64,000 bases of DNA from Lama glama (taxonomy: Eukaryota): the NCBI GenBank assembly GCA_028534125.1, contig CM052817.1, forward strand, positions 27,096,001-27,160,000, given 5' to 3'. This document shows positions 38,253 to 53,300 of this stretch, piece after piece (position 1 is the first letter of the stretch; every line of letters begins with the position of its first letter). A program made the translations under genes and the position numbers. The notes under the pieces were generated by a model that made no database searches, was not told the origin of the DNA, and saw only the letters and a program-made list of their open reading frames with translations.

Positions 38253-40449
38253 GCACAACTGGGCAGATTTATTTAAGACTGCTTAAATGATTCTTTCTGT
38301 GAGCCTGACTAGGTCTATCTGCAAAAGATATGGCCTTTACAGAAGTAAAGCCAACAAGACAGGTTTAACCTAAGAAAATAATGACCTCAATCTATCAGGT
38401 AATGGTTGCCCTGTGGACAAAGAACAGGGACTATGTGTTTGAAGACATAGCACAGTAGATACCTGTTAATTTTCTTTTCAGCATTCACTCAACCTCTGGC
38501 AAATAGCCTGGTTCCTCCCCTAGGGACCAAACTTTCCTCACCCCTCCTTGGCCCATGTTCTTCAGGTGGGGCTGCATTTCCAATTCAGAGGAGAGCATGG
38601 AGCCTAGATATGAACTAATCAGAACATGATATTACCCTGTAGTCACTGATGGGCTCATAGGTAGTCAGCTCAAGCCAGGCCAATCAGAGACAATCAGACT
38701 CAACTTATGGCTTTTCCTTGAGTTCTCAGAGAAGGAGTTTCCTGCTTTTTTCCTGTGGGTGTGAATCAGGAAGTATGTGACTCCAGGAGCTCCCACTGTT
38801 TGGCAGTAAGGGGACACCCAAAGCCGAAGGGAGTCAAACACAGAGGAAACAGAGCTAAGAAATAGACATTGGGTCCTGATCTACTGACACGAGCTCCTAG
38901 CTGTGCCCGGACTCTGCAGACTGCAGGCTCACGTGGGCCACTAAATTGTTTTTTTAAAGCTGGTTTGAGTTGGGTCCTGCTGTTTGTAACCAGAAGAGAC
39001 TAAATCTCCAGTTAAAACACATGGGATATTTTTTCTTAATGAACCACTTGGTTTATTATACTCAGATGTCCACTTTTCTGTTTGTCAAACATGTGCAGGG
39101 TATATGAAGAGTTTATGTGGGCTTTTATGCAAGGCTGCAGCTTCTTAACTGGAGTATAAATAAAGAGAAGGCAGTGTTGGCTGAAATGGAAGAAGACTGG
39201 CTGGAAGGCAAGGAAAAACGCATGGATTCTTACCGCCATCTTGCCACAAAGTCACCCTAAGACTGCTGGCCCAGGGTCCGTCTTGTCACACGGCCACTCA
39301 GGTCAAAAGCCCATTGCTGCTTCTGCTCTCCTTGCTCTCTTGTTTCTATTGAGTCTTTGGATGTTTCCCCGCCTCCTTTCTTTTAAGTCTTTCATCAGGG
39401 GATGGAGCTACAAATTTGAGGCATTCATGCAAACAGTTAAAGCCCTTTGCAAATACAAAACTCCTGGTTTTCATGTCCCTGCCTTGTTTCAGTTATTTAA
39501 CCTCAAAGTGCTCCCCAAATCTTACTGTGCTATAGCCATGCACACAGACTGCTTCCCGAGTACCTGTGAATGCTTCCGCGAGCGACCATCAGTTCACATA
39601 TGTTAATGACTTTAGTTCTCAGAGGAACGTAGCAGTATAAGGATTTCTGTATCCATCTTATAGGTGAGACTATGAAGCTCCCCCAAAAAGCTAAAAACTG
39701 GTAGGTGAGAGGATTCAAAGTGGGTTTTGACTTCATATACCTTGTTCTTTCTATTCCCCTCCTGGAGACTACAAGGCTTCTACATTTGCAGGCACTTTTG
39801 CACACCCCTTCCCCAGCCTTTAAACCTCTTTGAAGGCTCTCCTTGGGAACAAAGCTGCACACTCATTCATTCAGTAATTTAAGAAAAAATTACTGAGTGC
39901 CTATCAGGTGCCAAGCATAGTTCTAAATGTAGAGAATACAAAAGGGAATGAGAGAGAAAACTTTCCTGGTCCTCAGAGAGCTTACCTCTCGGTGGGAAGG
40001 ACACACAATAAATGTGCCAACATGTACCTGTCATGTCAGGCGGCAGTAAGTCCTATGAAGAAAAAAACGAAGCAGGGAAAGGGTCTAACAGGATGGGGGC
40101 TGTTTTAGATGGAGTGGTCAAGGAAGACATCTTTGAGGAAGGACATTTGAAAAGAGGCCCAAATGGAGTGTCAGAGTGAGGTATGCAGTTTTCTGGAAGA
40201 GAAGAGTTCCACGCAGAAACTTTTTTTTCACCACCACGGAATATCATCAGCTGTAACTTTTATCTGCCCCACCATCCTCCTGCCAGATAGACTCCTCGAG
40301 TGTGGGCAAGCCCTGCAGAAGAGGAACAGAAACTCCAGGGGTGATAGGAGTGCCTGAGAATCAAGAGGGAGCTAAGCAGATGCTGACCACAACAGGGATC
40401 CGCTCTCTAAAACTGCTGGCCACCTAAACGCCATGTGGTTATTTGAATT

Positions 40450-41710
40450 GGCTCCTGGGATAGAGAAGTGACAGTGGGATAACTAGGGGGAATCTGAATA
40501 GTCTGCAGTTGACGTTAATGTTGACTAACGTTAATTTTCTTAGTTCCAACCAAGGTACTGTGATGTTAATAACATAAGGCAAATCTGGGTGTTGGGGATA
40601 CGGGAGCTCTGTACTATCTTTGTAACTCTTTTATGAGCCTAATTATTTCAAAATAAAAAGTAAACAAAAACTAACAAAAAATGCTAGCCTTTGTATACCG
40701 GAGACTACACAACATTACTGAAATAAAATAACAAGACCGAAATAAATAGAGAAATATGTCATGTTTGTGAATTGATGGACTTCATATTTTTAAAATGCTC
40801 ATTTTCCCCCAAATGATCTATAGGTTTGATGTAATTCCTCAAAGTCTCTGCAGATTTTGTGTAGGGGAAACTGATGATTCTAATTTATATGAAAGTGCAA
40901 AAGATATTAAGATCTTAATTAAGACAGTGATGATGCAAGGCTGGACAAAGAGACTGGAACAGAATAGACAGCTCATAAACAGACCATATAAAGTCACTAG
41001 GCTTATGCCAAAGGGACAACAAAGTACAAGGAAAAGAATGGCCTTTAATAAATAGTGCTGAATCGATTGGATAACTGCAGAGGAGAAAATGAACTATGAC
41101 CGCCTTCCAACATGATATACAAAAATCAATTCCATATGTACTGTAGGAAAACAAAGCTTCTAAAAGAAAAAAAGGAAAATATTTTCATGGCCTTGGTGTC
41201 GGCAATAATTTCTCAAACAAGATGCAAAAAGCATGAACCACAGATTATGTGATAAATTGGACTACTTAAAACTAAGAACTTCCTTCATTAGAAGACCTCA
41301 TTAAGAGAATGAAAAAACCCGTAACATGAGAGAAGATATTCTGTATTTCATATCTGACAAAGGATTGGTATCCAGAACCTATAACTAACTCTAACAAATC
41401 TATAAGACAATTCTACAGATACTTTCGAGACACAAAGCAACGTGGATGAATCTCACTAACATATGAGCTCAAGAAGAGAAACACAAAGAAGTGTATATTG
41501 TATGTATGACTTCATTCATATAAAGTTCAAAGGCAGGCAAAACTATTCCGTGTGCTATGCTGGTTACTTTTAGGTGGTTATGTAATTGGAAAGGGGTGTG
41601 AAGAGGCTTCTGCAGTCCTGGTAATATTTTCTGATCTGGGTGCTGTATAAAGGGATGTATTCTTTTAGGATTTGTATATTTTCTACATACACACTTCAAT
41701 AAAAGTTTAT
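40450..41710 (+). mobile_element. Old L1M fragments (ORF2 end and 3' ends)
   Basis: aaataaatagaga..tcatgtttgtgaattg; MLIFPQMIYRFDVIP resembles L1 ORF2 ILPKLIYRFNAIP; aataaa ends. Confidence 0.75.
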
Positions 41711-41794
41711 TGAAATGCTATGTGACTTATTTGGAAAGAAAAGTCTAAGTTGGGATCACATGAAAAGTTTTCCAGTGAGCTGTTGAACTCACTA

Positions 41795-42345
41795 TTATAT
41801 TATCTATTGCTGTATAACAATTATTCCAAAATTTAGTAACTTAAAACTACAAACATTATCTCACATGGTTTCTAAGGGTCAAGAATCTGTGAAGGATTTA
41901 GCTGGGTAGTTCGCACTCAGAGTCCCTAATGAAGTTGTAGTCAAACTGTTGGCCAGGGCTGTAGTCATCTGAAAGCTTGACTGGGGCTGGAGGGTCCACT
42001 TCCCTACTCATTCACCTCGTTGGCAGGCCTCAGTTCCTTGTCAGCTATTGGCTGGGTTCTCAGTTCCCCATAATGTGGTTCCCTCTCTTGCCTGTGTGTC
42101 TTAACAACGTGGTATCTAGCTTCCCCCAAAGAGAGAGAGAAAGCAAGCGCTGAGGGAGAGAGTCTAAGATTAAAGCCACAGTGTTTTTTTTTAAGTAATC
42201 TAATTATGGAAGTGATAGACCATCACTGCTGCTGTGCTACTGGCCACACAGATCAACCCTAGCACAGTGAAACGAGACTACCCAAAGGCATGACTACCAG
42301 GAGGCAGGGGTCCTCGGGGCTCATCTTGGTGACTGGCACCCATAC
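41795..42345 (-). mobile_element. MLT1-type LTR
   Basis: tatctattgctgtataacaa..ccaaaatttagtaacttaaaac..ttgactggggctggag..accaggaggcaggggtc. Confidence 0.8.
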
Positions 42346-44061
42346 CCATCTTTCTCACCACCCCTTACTAGAATATTTGTAGAAATCCTAAGATTCTCAA
42401 ACTTCCTATTTCTCCTGTTACAATTTCATCAATATGCACAGAAATCTACAGCTGCTTTCATACTGGTGACCTCATTGGAAGAACTTGCTGGCAGGGGTGA
42501 GGAGAAACCTGGGAAGGGGGACAGATTCTCCCGTTGCTATCTCAAGGGACATTTGCACTGTGAAGAATGCCTTTCACGCCTGTGATTTCAGAAATTCTAG
42601 CAGCCCTCCTCACCCCTATAACCTCAACATAACTTCTTTTGATCACCGATGCCTGAAATACCACCGGTAGAAACCTACACCATTAGCAAGAGATGTTGTT
42701 TTCTGGCCAAACACAGGTACATTACCAGAACACTATGGCAGTATTCTCAATCTTGGCTGCTCATAATAATCTCTTGAGAAGCTGTTAAAAGTCCACCTAG
42801 ATCCACTTATTCAGATCTTCGAGAGGTAGGCTCCCAGATCCCTATTTTGGGAAAGCTTCCCAGGAGATTCTGGGAGAGTTAGCCGAGCATCTCACAATGG
42901 ATCCTGCAGTGGTGACTGGAAACCACTGGTGTGTACTGGTAGTGTATGTGGATTTCAGAACCTTTGCAGAGAGGGAGTTTCAGTGAGAAAAAGCCAGTTG
43001 TTTCACAAAAAGCCCGTTTTCCATTCTATCTCTGTCTGCTCAATATGCTGAGTGAGATAACGCTTCTCAGCCTCTTTGGTTGCTTTGTGGTTCCTCTGCG
43101 TCACTTTGGTTCCCATCACGTCACTCATGAAGGTGGAGTGGCTTGTCAGCACCACAGCCTTCTGAATGGAGCCACAGAATCAGCTTTATCTCCTCAGCTA
43201 CAGACTCTGCTGTGTAATTCTGGACTAGGAGGGTCCAGGGACTTACAGTTAAGAAGACACATGGCTATTTCTTGACATGGGCAGGAGATGTTTTCTCTGT
43301 GGCAAGAGAAGGACACAACGCCCTCTAGAGTTGCCACTCAATATACATGCGATTACAGTTCATGGACTGGATGAACCCTGAGACTTCTCTCACCTATGGG
43401 AAAATATGCAAGGCCCGTGAAAATTCTGTAAAGCAAAATTTAAAATCAAGTGTCTATTTTTTAATTTATTCCTTTGACACACATTTATTGAGCATCTCTG
43501 ACCTTAACTTCTGCTCTCTTGCTTTCTCCATTCTAGCCACACTGGCCCCGTTGTCCTTCTTAGAACAAAGCAGGTACCTTCCTGCCTTAAAGAATCTGCT
43601 CTACCTGATTCTGGGCTGGCAACACTCTTACTGAGGTATCTACTTGGCTAACTTCCTTCCCTCCTCCAAGTTTTACTCAGATCCCACCTTCTCAATGAGG
43701 CTTAACCTGACCACTCTACTTAACACTGCAAGCAGCTTCCCTTCCTGACCTTGCTCTACATTTTCTTTTCCTCGTGGTGCTTTTCAACTTTTAACATACC
43801 ATGGACTTTATTACGCTGATCATTCACTGTTTGGGTTCTGGCTCTTGAATGTAAGTTTCGTCAGGTCAGGAATTTTGTTTGGTTCACCAAGCATCCCAAG
43901 CACCTAGCCCAGGACCTGGCACAAAAAAAGACACTTGATAAAATGTTTGTTGAACTGATAAACTGGGTACTGGAATAGTGGCAAACAATACAAATGTGGC
44001 CACTGCTGTCACAGAGCTCACGATTTACTGGAGGAGACTATCGATAAATGATGACAGAACA

Positions 44062-44178
44062 TTTTTTGGTGGGAGGAGGTGATTAGGCTTATATATTCTT
44101 AAAGGATTTACTGGATATTGAAGCTAGGACCTCATATAAGCCAAGCATGCGCTCTACCACTTGAGCTATACCCTCCCC
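44062..44178 (-). mobile_element. Diverged camelid tRNA-derived SINE
   Basis: ggaggtgattaggctta..aagcatgcgctctaccacttgagctataccctcccc. Confidence 0.8.
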
Positions 44179-45094
44179 ACAGAGAACTTCTTATTTAAGA
44201 GACAATCAGGACAGTTAGAATGGAAATACATGTTCTATAAGACAGTGTATGCAGGGCCCAACCTGTTGGGGGGCCGAGGTGGTTTGCCAAGGGAGCAACA
44301 TTTGGCAGGAAACCAGGATGCTGAGTATAGTAACCCAACTGAAGAAAGGAGGGAGGGCAGTAGAAAGAACCATGAATCTGCTTGAATCCTAGATTTCAAG
44401 TAGTTTATAGTAGCCTAGGTCTTGTAACAACTGAGTGTGTCTACCACAGCCTCATCCGGAGGTGCCTCTCTTTTCCATCAAAGCAGTTATTCAATTAAGT
44501 TTCTAAACATCTGTAAACCATTTACTCCACCTCCAGTGTCAATACCTGAACCTCAACGTCAGGCCATTTCTCCTGCTACAGATGGATAGTCTTTGGTGAA
44601 TAACACTCTTTATCTTCTGAACTTCTCCTTAGTCACATGAAAACACATATAAATAAGTATGTTTTTAAATCTCACAGATCAGTCCATTGAACAAGTAAAG
44701 TTTAGATATGGTTGGCAATGAATCAAGGGTTTCAGAAATGTTGTCTCAGAAACAAAACCAAATAAAGGCTGAGGTAAAAGCGCTTCATACTGAGATGAAA
44801 GCCTCGGTCGATGAGATGAGTAATTCTTCAGGTATTCTTCCAAGTACTTGAAATAAAGTACTTTGCACAAGACGACTAAAAAAATTGTCTTTGGGGATTC
44901 AAAGGTCAAAGTTATAACAGTTAATCACTTGCTAGAGATCACTGACTGCTTAAGGCAGTTGTTTAAAATTTCTCAGAAGAACAATCATATTTATAAGATA
45001 GCACACAAGTATGGAATAATGAGTCAGTGGTAAATGCTGTGAAAAAGATTAGAAAAGCTCATAAGCACGAACAGGCCTTAAAAATTCACTTGTT

Positions 45095-45910
45095 GGTAAG
45101 GATGTGGAGAAAGGGAACCATTGTATACTGTTGGTGTGCATGAAAATTGGTGCAGCTACTATGGAAAATAGTGTGGAGTTTCCTCAAAAATTAAAATTAA
45201 ATATAGAACTAGTATATGATCTAAAAATTTCACTTCTAGGTATTTACACAAAGAAAACAAAAACACTTACTCAAAAAGATATGTGCACCCCCATGGTCAT
45301 TGAAGCATTATTTATAATAGCCAAGATGTGGACACAACCTAAGTGTCCATTGATGGATGAATGCATAAAGAAGAGTGGTATATATTTATACAATGGAATA
45401 TTACTCAACCATAAAGAAGGAAATCCAATATGAGTTGACCTTGAGGGTGTTATGCTAAGTTAAATAGTAAGACAGACAGAGATAAATACTGTATGGTCTC
45501 ACTTATATGTGTAAACTAAAAAAAAAAAACCCAAAAATAAAAAAACCCAAACTTACAGAGAACAGATGGGTGATTACCAGAGTTGAGGATAGAGAGTGGG
45601 CAAAATGGATGAACAGGGTCACAAGGTACAAACTGCCAGTTATAAAATAAATAAGTCATGGGGATATAATGTGCAGCATGGTGACTATAGTTAACAATAC
45701 TATATTGTATATTTGAAAGTTGCTAAAATAGTCTTAAAAGTTCTCATCACACACATGCACAATTGTAACTATGTGTGGTGATAGAAGTTAAGTAGACTTA
45801 TTGTGTGATCATTTCACAATATATTCATATATCAAGCCATTATGTTTTACATCTGGAACTAATATGATATATGTCAATTATATCTCAATAATAGTAAAAA
45901 AAAGAATAAG
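45095..45910 (+). mobile_element. 5'-truncated L1 (L1MA-like) with perfect TSD
   Basis: ORF2-end peptide KDMCTPMVIEALFIIAKMWTQPKCP; 15-bp TSD aaaaattcacttgtt at 45080-45094 and 45911-45925. Confidence 0.92.
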
Positions 45911-47782
45911 AAAAATTCACTTGTTAACTCACCTCTGGGAACTCAATCTCGGGACTGGAAGGAGGAGGAAAAATAACATTTTTTCTCGAGCTATGTGTTT
46001 CCAGTTCAAAGATGACCCTGTGATCAAGCCACAGATGATGCCTGAGAACCAGGCTTAATGCTTGCAGGAGGAACATGTGGGCTCCTTCATCAGAGGACTA
46101 TATAGCTCCATTAATAATGCCTCTGAAGATTTAGTGTTCTCTTTGCTTTGTTTTTATTTTATATTGTTTTGGCTCAGTTGGCCAGATTGTGGAATGGCAT
46201 TAGTTCATTTGAGGGTGGTGATGGTTGTGATCATTTCAAAGGAAGCTATAACTTTATCTCTGGATTTCCCTCTTTGTCAGTCAGGAAAACATAGGCTATG
46301 CTGCTGTAACAAAGAAGTGCACAATCTCTGTGGCTCAAAACAATTTTTCATGTAACATTACACGTCCATTTTGGGTTGGGCAGGAGGGATTGGCTAATCG
46401 TATCTAGGATCTCCTGCTGATGGAGTGGTCATCATCTCTAATACCGTGGGTCACCAGACCAGAGGAGAAAGAGACCTGGAGGGTTTTGCACTGGCAATTA
46501 ATTGATCATAACTCATTGTCCAACACTAGTTACTAGACTCCACCCAATCCCTAGAGGAATAGGAAGTATAATCTTACCATATTCCTGGAAAGGAGGAAAA
46601 CAAGAACTACTTGGCGTACAGCTTTAATAGCTATCATGCCAATCATCCTTGACTTGGCCATTTATCGTTGGGTTTAAAACCTTCTCTGAAGGAGATGGGA
46701 GAGCTTCTTTGCAAGGATCAAAAAGAGCCTGGGAATTGCTGTCCTTCTGATCTTAAATGAGAAAGAATAAGTCTCTGCTGAGTCACAGAGGGAGAAACTG
46801 AAGGGGAAACACGAGTCCACATCCTGTTACATCCTTGTTACTTTTAATTCTGAGGAAGACTTGTGTTGTTGTTGTCACCCATCTTTTTCTTTAATACAAA
46901 CACTCTGCCGATTTTAGCCAATTGCATCTGTCAGGCTAGACTTAGTTTTGTTGTGGTTATAAATAGTCCCCAAACCTCAGGTGTCCACTGTAACAAGTTT
47001 ATTTTTCGTTCATGCTACATGTCCACCATAGGTAGACTCGGCTCACTTTAGTCACTCAGAGACCCAGGAGCTCTGACGCTGCATCATCACATATGTTTTC
47101 ACATCACCCTGCAGTTGGGAAGGGATACGGCAATTCACAAAACCACCGCCACCCTGGGTGCCTCCTAGGGCACCACCAGTGACTCCTGAGCCCCAGTCTG
47201 TGTGCTAAAGCATGGAGTGAGGTGAGTGGCTAGAAAGCAAATAAGCCTGGCAATTAGTTTGATGTTTTAAGTAAAAAGATGCCCAGCTTATCAAAAACAA
47301 AATTAGAATTCAATATTACTTTTGATATAGCTTTTTAGACCTTTTAAGCAATATCTGGTATAAACATTTGGAAAATATAAAAAAAAATTCAGAAGAAAAT
47401 AAACATTACCCACCCAGATATAAATACTGTCTTTAAAAAGCTTCTCGTTCAAATGAAAATTTTTGGCCTATAAAAATAAATGAAAGAAATCCCAGTGTAC
47501 TTGCCATGCAGCTTCAGAACAAGTAAGCATTGTAACAGTGGTTGAAGCCACCCCTGCTGTGGCTTCCTTATCCTCTCCCTTTCCCCCAAGAGGTAACCAG
47601 TGTTCAGGATTTGGTGTTTATAAAATTCTCTACATGTCCTAATGTCTAGTACATATGAATATACTCATAAACATATATAGCATTGTTGTTCATGTTTTCA
47701 AATTTTATTTAAATGGCATCATACAATACTAATTTTTGGCAACTTATATATTTTTTCTCTGAATATTGTGTTTTTCCAGGTT

Positions 47783-48394
47783 AAGACATATGCATCCCAA
47801 TGTTCATAGCAGCACTATTTACAAGAGCCAATACATGGTAACAACCTAAACGTCCATCAACAGATGACTGGATAAAGAAGATGTGGTATATATTTATAAT
47901 GGAATATTACTCGGCCATAAAAAAAGAATGAAATAATGCCATTTGCAGCAACATGGATAGACCGAGAGATGATCATATTGAGTGACGTAAGCCAGACAAA
48001 GACAAACATCATATGATATCACTTATATGTGGAATCTAAAAAAGTGATATAAATTTTATTTACAAACCAAAAATAGACTCACGGACATAGACAACAAACT
48101 ATGGTTACCAAAGGGGAAAGGGTGTGGAGGGATAAATTAGAGGTTGGGGATTAACGGATACACATTACTATATATAAAATAGATAAACAACAAGGACCTA
48201 CTGTATAGCATGGGGAACTATATTCAATTTCTTGTAACAACATATAATAGAAAATAATCTGAAAAGAAAAAATATATGTGTATGCATATGTATAACTGAA
48301 TCACTTTGCTGTACACCTGAAACTGACATTATAAATCAACTACAGAACATTATAAATCAACTACATTTCAATAAAAAGAAAAAAAAAAGAGTAA
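47783..48394 (+). mobile_element. Young cetartiodactyl L1 3' end nested in an older antisense L1M
   Basis: tgttcatagcagcactatttacaa..gcaacatggatagac..aataaa + A tail; TSD tccaggtt at 47775-47782 and 48395-48402. Confidence 0.9.
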
Positions 48395-49709
48395 TCCAGG
48401 TTGACACAAGTAGTTCATTCATTTAACTGCATAGAACAACACTTCTCAAACTTTAGTGGCAAAAGACTCCCCAGAGGATCTCGTTAAAATACAGATTCTG
48501 GTTCAGTAAGTCTGGAGTTCTCAGGTGGAGTGAATGAGGCCGGTGAGGAGTCACATTTTTGGGGAACAAGGCTATATAATATTCCCTCGAATGCACACAG
48601 CACAATTAATTCATCTAATCTGTTGATAGACTTTTACCTTGTTTGTAATTTTTTTTGCCATCACTAATAATGTTACAGTGAGCTTTTTTTTTTTTTCATA
48701 TGTCTTGGCACACCTGTGCAGGAGTTCTCTAGGTTATACAGGGAGGAAAGCAATTGCTGGGTCACAGGGTTTGCAGCTGTTGGATTTTATTAAGTACTGC
48801 TAAGTTGCTCTCCACAATGTAGTTCCCATCGATCACTACCAGCAGTTCAGAAGAATTCCTTTTGTTCCACATTCTTGCTGCATATGGGAATGTCAGCAGT
48901 GAGTTTTTTCATATATTTATTGGACATTTGGCTTCTTTGGTCTTCTATCCAATCTTATGTGGTGGGTACTAATCTCAGTGCATAACTCAAAAATACAGTT
49001 TCCTTCACTTTGCCAAAACACAACTTAATTTTAATGTGGAACTAGTATTTTGCTAGACTGGTAGAAAATGAATCTTTGTCAATTTAGAGTCTCTCATCAC
49101 TTCTTCCCCTCCCAAGTTTAACCCAAAATTCCAGGAGGTTTATGAGTTTCAGGGAGTTGGGGGTAGACTCTGGTTCTTTCATCTCTGTGTTGACACTGAG
49201 ATATTCCTCATTCCCTCAGCCGGGTCCTTCTGTGTCAACTCTGAGTGCAGCTGAACTGTCTGTTCTTCTTTCCATACTGGGTGAGGAAATGTTTGCAAAA
49301 GGCTCTCTAAAGACCCAGGGGTCTAGATTCTCCAGGCAGCAATTTCCTCCCTGAGCTTTTTGGGGGTCTTCTCCCTAAGGAAAGTACACTGCTTATGCAA
49401 CAACCCCCTTCTGGAGCCCAGTGACACCCAGTCACTGTCTTCTCTCTTCTCTCTAGTCTCTGGTTTTATTCCTAACCCTGGGAAAACTCTTCTTTGTATT
49501 GAGGATGGGGTGGAGTGTCTTTCTCATCCCTTTTGTCTGCCCTGCCAGTCTTCACTGGTACATTGGGTGCACACTATTGGAAATCAAAGTCAGAAATACT
49601 TCTTTTGTTTTTCTTTCAGCTGGTCACATCCTTCCCCTGTCGCAATGGGAAAAGAAAGTCCTGGCTGCTTGAATGGAGGGAGGATGAGGGAAGGGGAGAT
49701 TATGGCTGT

Positions 49710-50335
49710 ATGAAATGGCATAGCCAGCTTAGAAAACTATTTGGCAGTTTCTCAAAAGGTTAAACATAGAGTTACCAAGTGACCCAGCAGTTCCTCTCCT
49801 GTGCATACATACAACAGAAATAAAAATATATGTCCATGCAGAAATAAAACTTCATAGCAGAATTATTTTTAACAGACAAAAGTGAAAATAACCCAAATGT
49901 AATCAGCTGATGGATGGATAAATAAAATACTTCATATCCATACAATGGTATATTATTTGGCAAGAAAAATGAAGGGTATGCTGGTACATGTTACAGCATC
50001 AGTGAACCTTGGAAGCATTACATGAAGTGACAGAAGCTTGACATCTAAGACCACGTGTTGTATAATCCCATTTATATAAATGTCCAGAATAGGCAAATCT
50101 ATAGAGACATAAAGTATATTAGTGGTTGCCTAGGTCTGAGGGGAAAGGGGGGGAGGAATAGGGAGCAATGGCTAATGGCTATTGGGGTTCCCTTTAAAGG
50201 TGACGAATGTTCTAAAATTGACTGTGGTGTTGGTTACACAACTCTCTGAATATACTAAAAACTACTGAATTTTACACTTTAAAAGGGTGGATTGGATGAT
50301 ATATGCTTTGTATCCCAATAAAGCTGCTAAAAAAG
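49710..50335 (+). mobile_element. L1MB-like 3' fragment
   Basis: ttggcagtttctcaaaaggttaaacatagagttacca..ataggcaaatctatagagaca..aataaagctg. Confidence 0.85.
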
Positions 50336-53300
50336 TGAGCCAATTGAAAAAAATACTGGTTACTCCCAACCAAAGGATGTATTTTCCAACTACATGCACA
50401 TCAAATATATTACAGATATTTTAAAAATTGGAAGCAGATCCTATATATAGGTCTTTCCTACCTACTTTGATCAAAGTACCATGGTGGACACTGTGGAAAT
50501 ACAAAGATGGATAAGGCATGTCCCTTCCTTTGAGAAGCTTACAATATGATTGTTTCCATCCGCTTGACTTCTAGCTGCTGTGGTCTGCAGGTGGTATCAA
50601 TTATTCTTTTCACCTGTCCAAATTAACATCACAAACTTTAGTGAGTTGAGAGCAGAAGTTAAAATAATCAGGAGGATAGAAGGATTCTGTAAGAAGTCAT
50701 ACTAAAAAGATTTAACTTTTCAGTGAAGACAGATGTGGAGAAGGGCTAAGTTGGCTTGAACTGAAAGATATGCTCCAAATCCAGGAATTCTCAACTTTGG
50801 AATCTTTGGAGAATCCCTGTTACAACCTATATTCATTAAGCCAGACTCTAGGGGGGAGACAGGCATAGATAATTCTCTAAAATGTCCCACTTGATTTCAA
50901 TATACATGCTGGAAACTACTGGCTTAGATTCTTGAACCAAGTGATTTGTTGTGAATAAGGAAAGATGTTTCATTATAAAGGGGAGGAGCAGTTAATATGG
51001 GAAATGAATTACACATCAAAGAATATGTCTGGAAGGTTAGGCCATACTCAGTGTGACTTGCCTGGGTGAAGTGGTGATGTAAATATAAAAGGTGGTTCCC
51101 AACATCCTGTCTGGGATAAAGAACTGTCAGAAGGACATAAGAGTTTATAAAGCAAGAAATGGAACCTTGGGTTAGAGTCCAGAAGAGGCAATTATCAATC
51201 CATTAAATTGGAAGGCTAAGCCAAAAAAAAAAAAATGCGCTGAAGGATGTTTACAGAGAATTGAAGAAGAGAGAAGTTAGAGAAGTGGGAACTTCAGAAG
51301 TGAACTCCTGGAATGCTGAGTGGTGACTCTTTGTGGGTGACCCATTGTAGTTTGGCTGGGTCAAATGTGGAAGTGTTACATGACTGAGCTAGGTTTCTGA
51401 GGACTTGTAGGCTATAAGTAAGGGTAATCAGAGGATTTTGGGGATCTAACAATACCTTGTGGGCTTAGATTATGAAGGACAACCACACTACTCCTTAAAC
51501 AAATTGGGTTGAATGGATTGCCTGCTGGTCTAGCTCAGTGGTTCCAATGTTCTAATGTCTTACTTTCAATTTTCCATTTTTTTTTAAAAAAAATTGATTT
51601 GTCCAGAATGAGGAGAGAATTATGACTAGAAGTCTTTGTCCACCATATGATACAAGCAGGGACAAAGGTTTCTATGTTTGCTCAAGGCTCTATGCCGAAT
51701 AGGATGCACTTTAGACATCATGTTTTTTTTTGCAAAGCATTATTCCTTTAGAAATAGTGGAATTAAATACAGAATGTCAAATCCCATATGATTGTGGTCT
51801 TGGCATTGGAGTTTTAGTCTTGGCACTAGAAGCTGTTTCCTGGTACAGGAACCTGGAGGAACTGCTTTCCTGTTATGTTTCAACTGTCCAATTCATCTGT
51901 CTTCTCTTCCAAAGGATCCAGAGAAGCAGGCTAACCAGTTATGGGGAAACCCCACCCAGGTCTTTTGGACAGATAGGCAGAATTTCCCATGGCAGATAGT
52001 CTGTCTGCAAAGCAGGGGCAGAGCATGCATGGGAAGAGTCCAAGAGAGTCTAATCACAGAGCTATGGAGGACTCTGGCATTCAGCTGGGAAGCCTCGAGG
52101 GCATTTGGTTTAGGATCAAGTCAGAATTTACTCAGCATCTCTGAAACAACCCTACACTGAATATCTGAAGCTGTCTTACAGGGGAGCCATTTGATAGTTT
52201 CTTTCTTTCTTTGATTACATTTTAAAGTGCATTTTTACCCAAGTTCCAATTCCTTGTAGGATTTAGCCCTTGTACTTTGAAAAAGCCAGGGTATTTGAGA
52301 TTTTAAACCCATGTTCTGGGAAGGATAAGGAGTCCTAGAATTTTAGTTCTGCTAACACTGTCATAAGAGAGGATTGTAGTTTTTGCAAAAGAAAATGGGT
52401 TTTTGGTTGGTTTGATTTTGATAGAATAGATTGATGATTGATATTAAAGATGGAGAAATGGTTGAGATTTTGATATAAGAGACACTGGACTTGTGTTATT
52501 TGTTCTAATATCTCTTTGGCTACCTGTCAAATCTTTGAACTGGAAAAACAAAGTTGTTAAGGGTTAGAATTGTCTCAATTTTGTTGTTACTTTTACATGT
52601 TGACACTGTTTGATTAAAGTAGTTGCACAGTCAGTTTATTTTCTTAAAGTCTGTTGCAGAAATAACCAAAGTTCTGCAGATTTGTAAATAAATTATATCT
52701 AACTGTACATAACCTGGGTTACATTCTTGGGTGAATCATATCAACATTGGCAGAACGTTTAAATAAACATTCTAGAGAAGGTTAAACAGAGGTTAAATAG
52801 TTTATTCTCCCCTTCATACCAAGTTTCTTAGAAGTGCGAATTCACCCTTAAAGTTTCTGTTTTACTCAACCAAAATTTCAAGAACAAAATTTTCAAGATC
52901 AAGCTTAGTCAGAATTGTTAATATCTTTGATATGAAAGCATGTTTATCTTTCACTAATCATTCAATCTAAAGAGACCCTTTAAAAAAAATCACTGCTCCC
53001 CACCCAATGTCACAATATAAAAAAATGTTTGCTAGAGAGATTTCTCACTATAACATCAACAGGAGTTTTAACTTTTAATAAAGTTTATGGGTGGAGTGGG
53101 CATTGGGGTAAAAGGCTTTAAATACATGAGTTAGAACTTTGGAATTCCTTTGTGTTTCTAGTAAGGTCTAGCATCCCTATCTTCTTTCTATAATAAACTT
53201 TATCCCTTTGAACACAGGAGTTGACACATGATCTCTTGGCCCCAGTGCTTGGTCCAAAATAGACATGTGATCCAATTTGGACCAATTTTAGTCCTTCCTT

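Noticed and set aside
50500..53100. Sequence I could not assign to a repeat, possibly exons or an ancient LTR
   Set aside because: No recognisable protein similarity or consistent splice/frame pattern; cannot support a call
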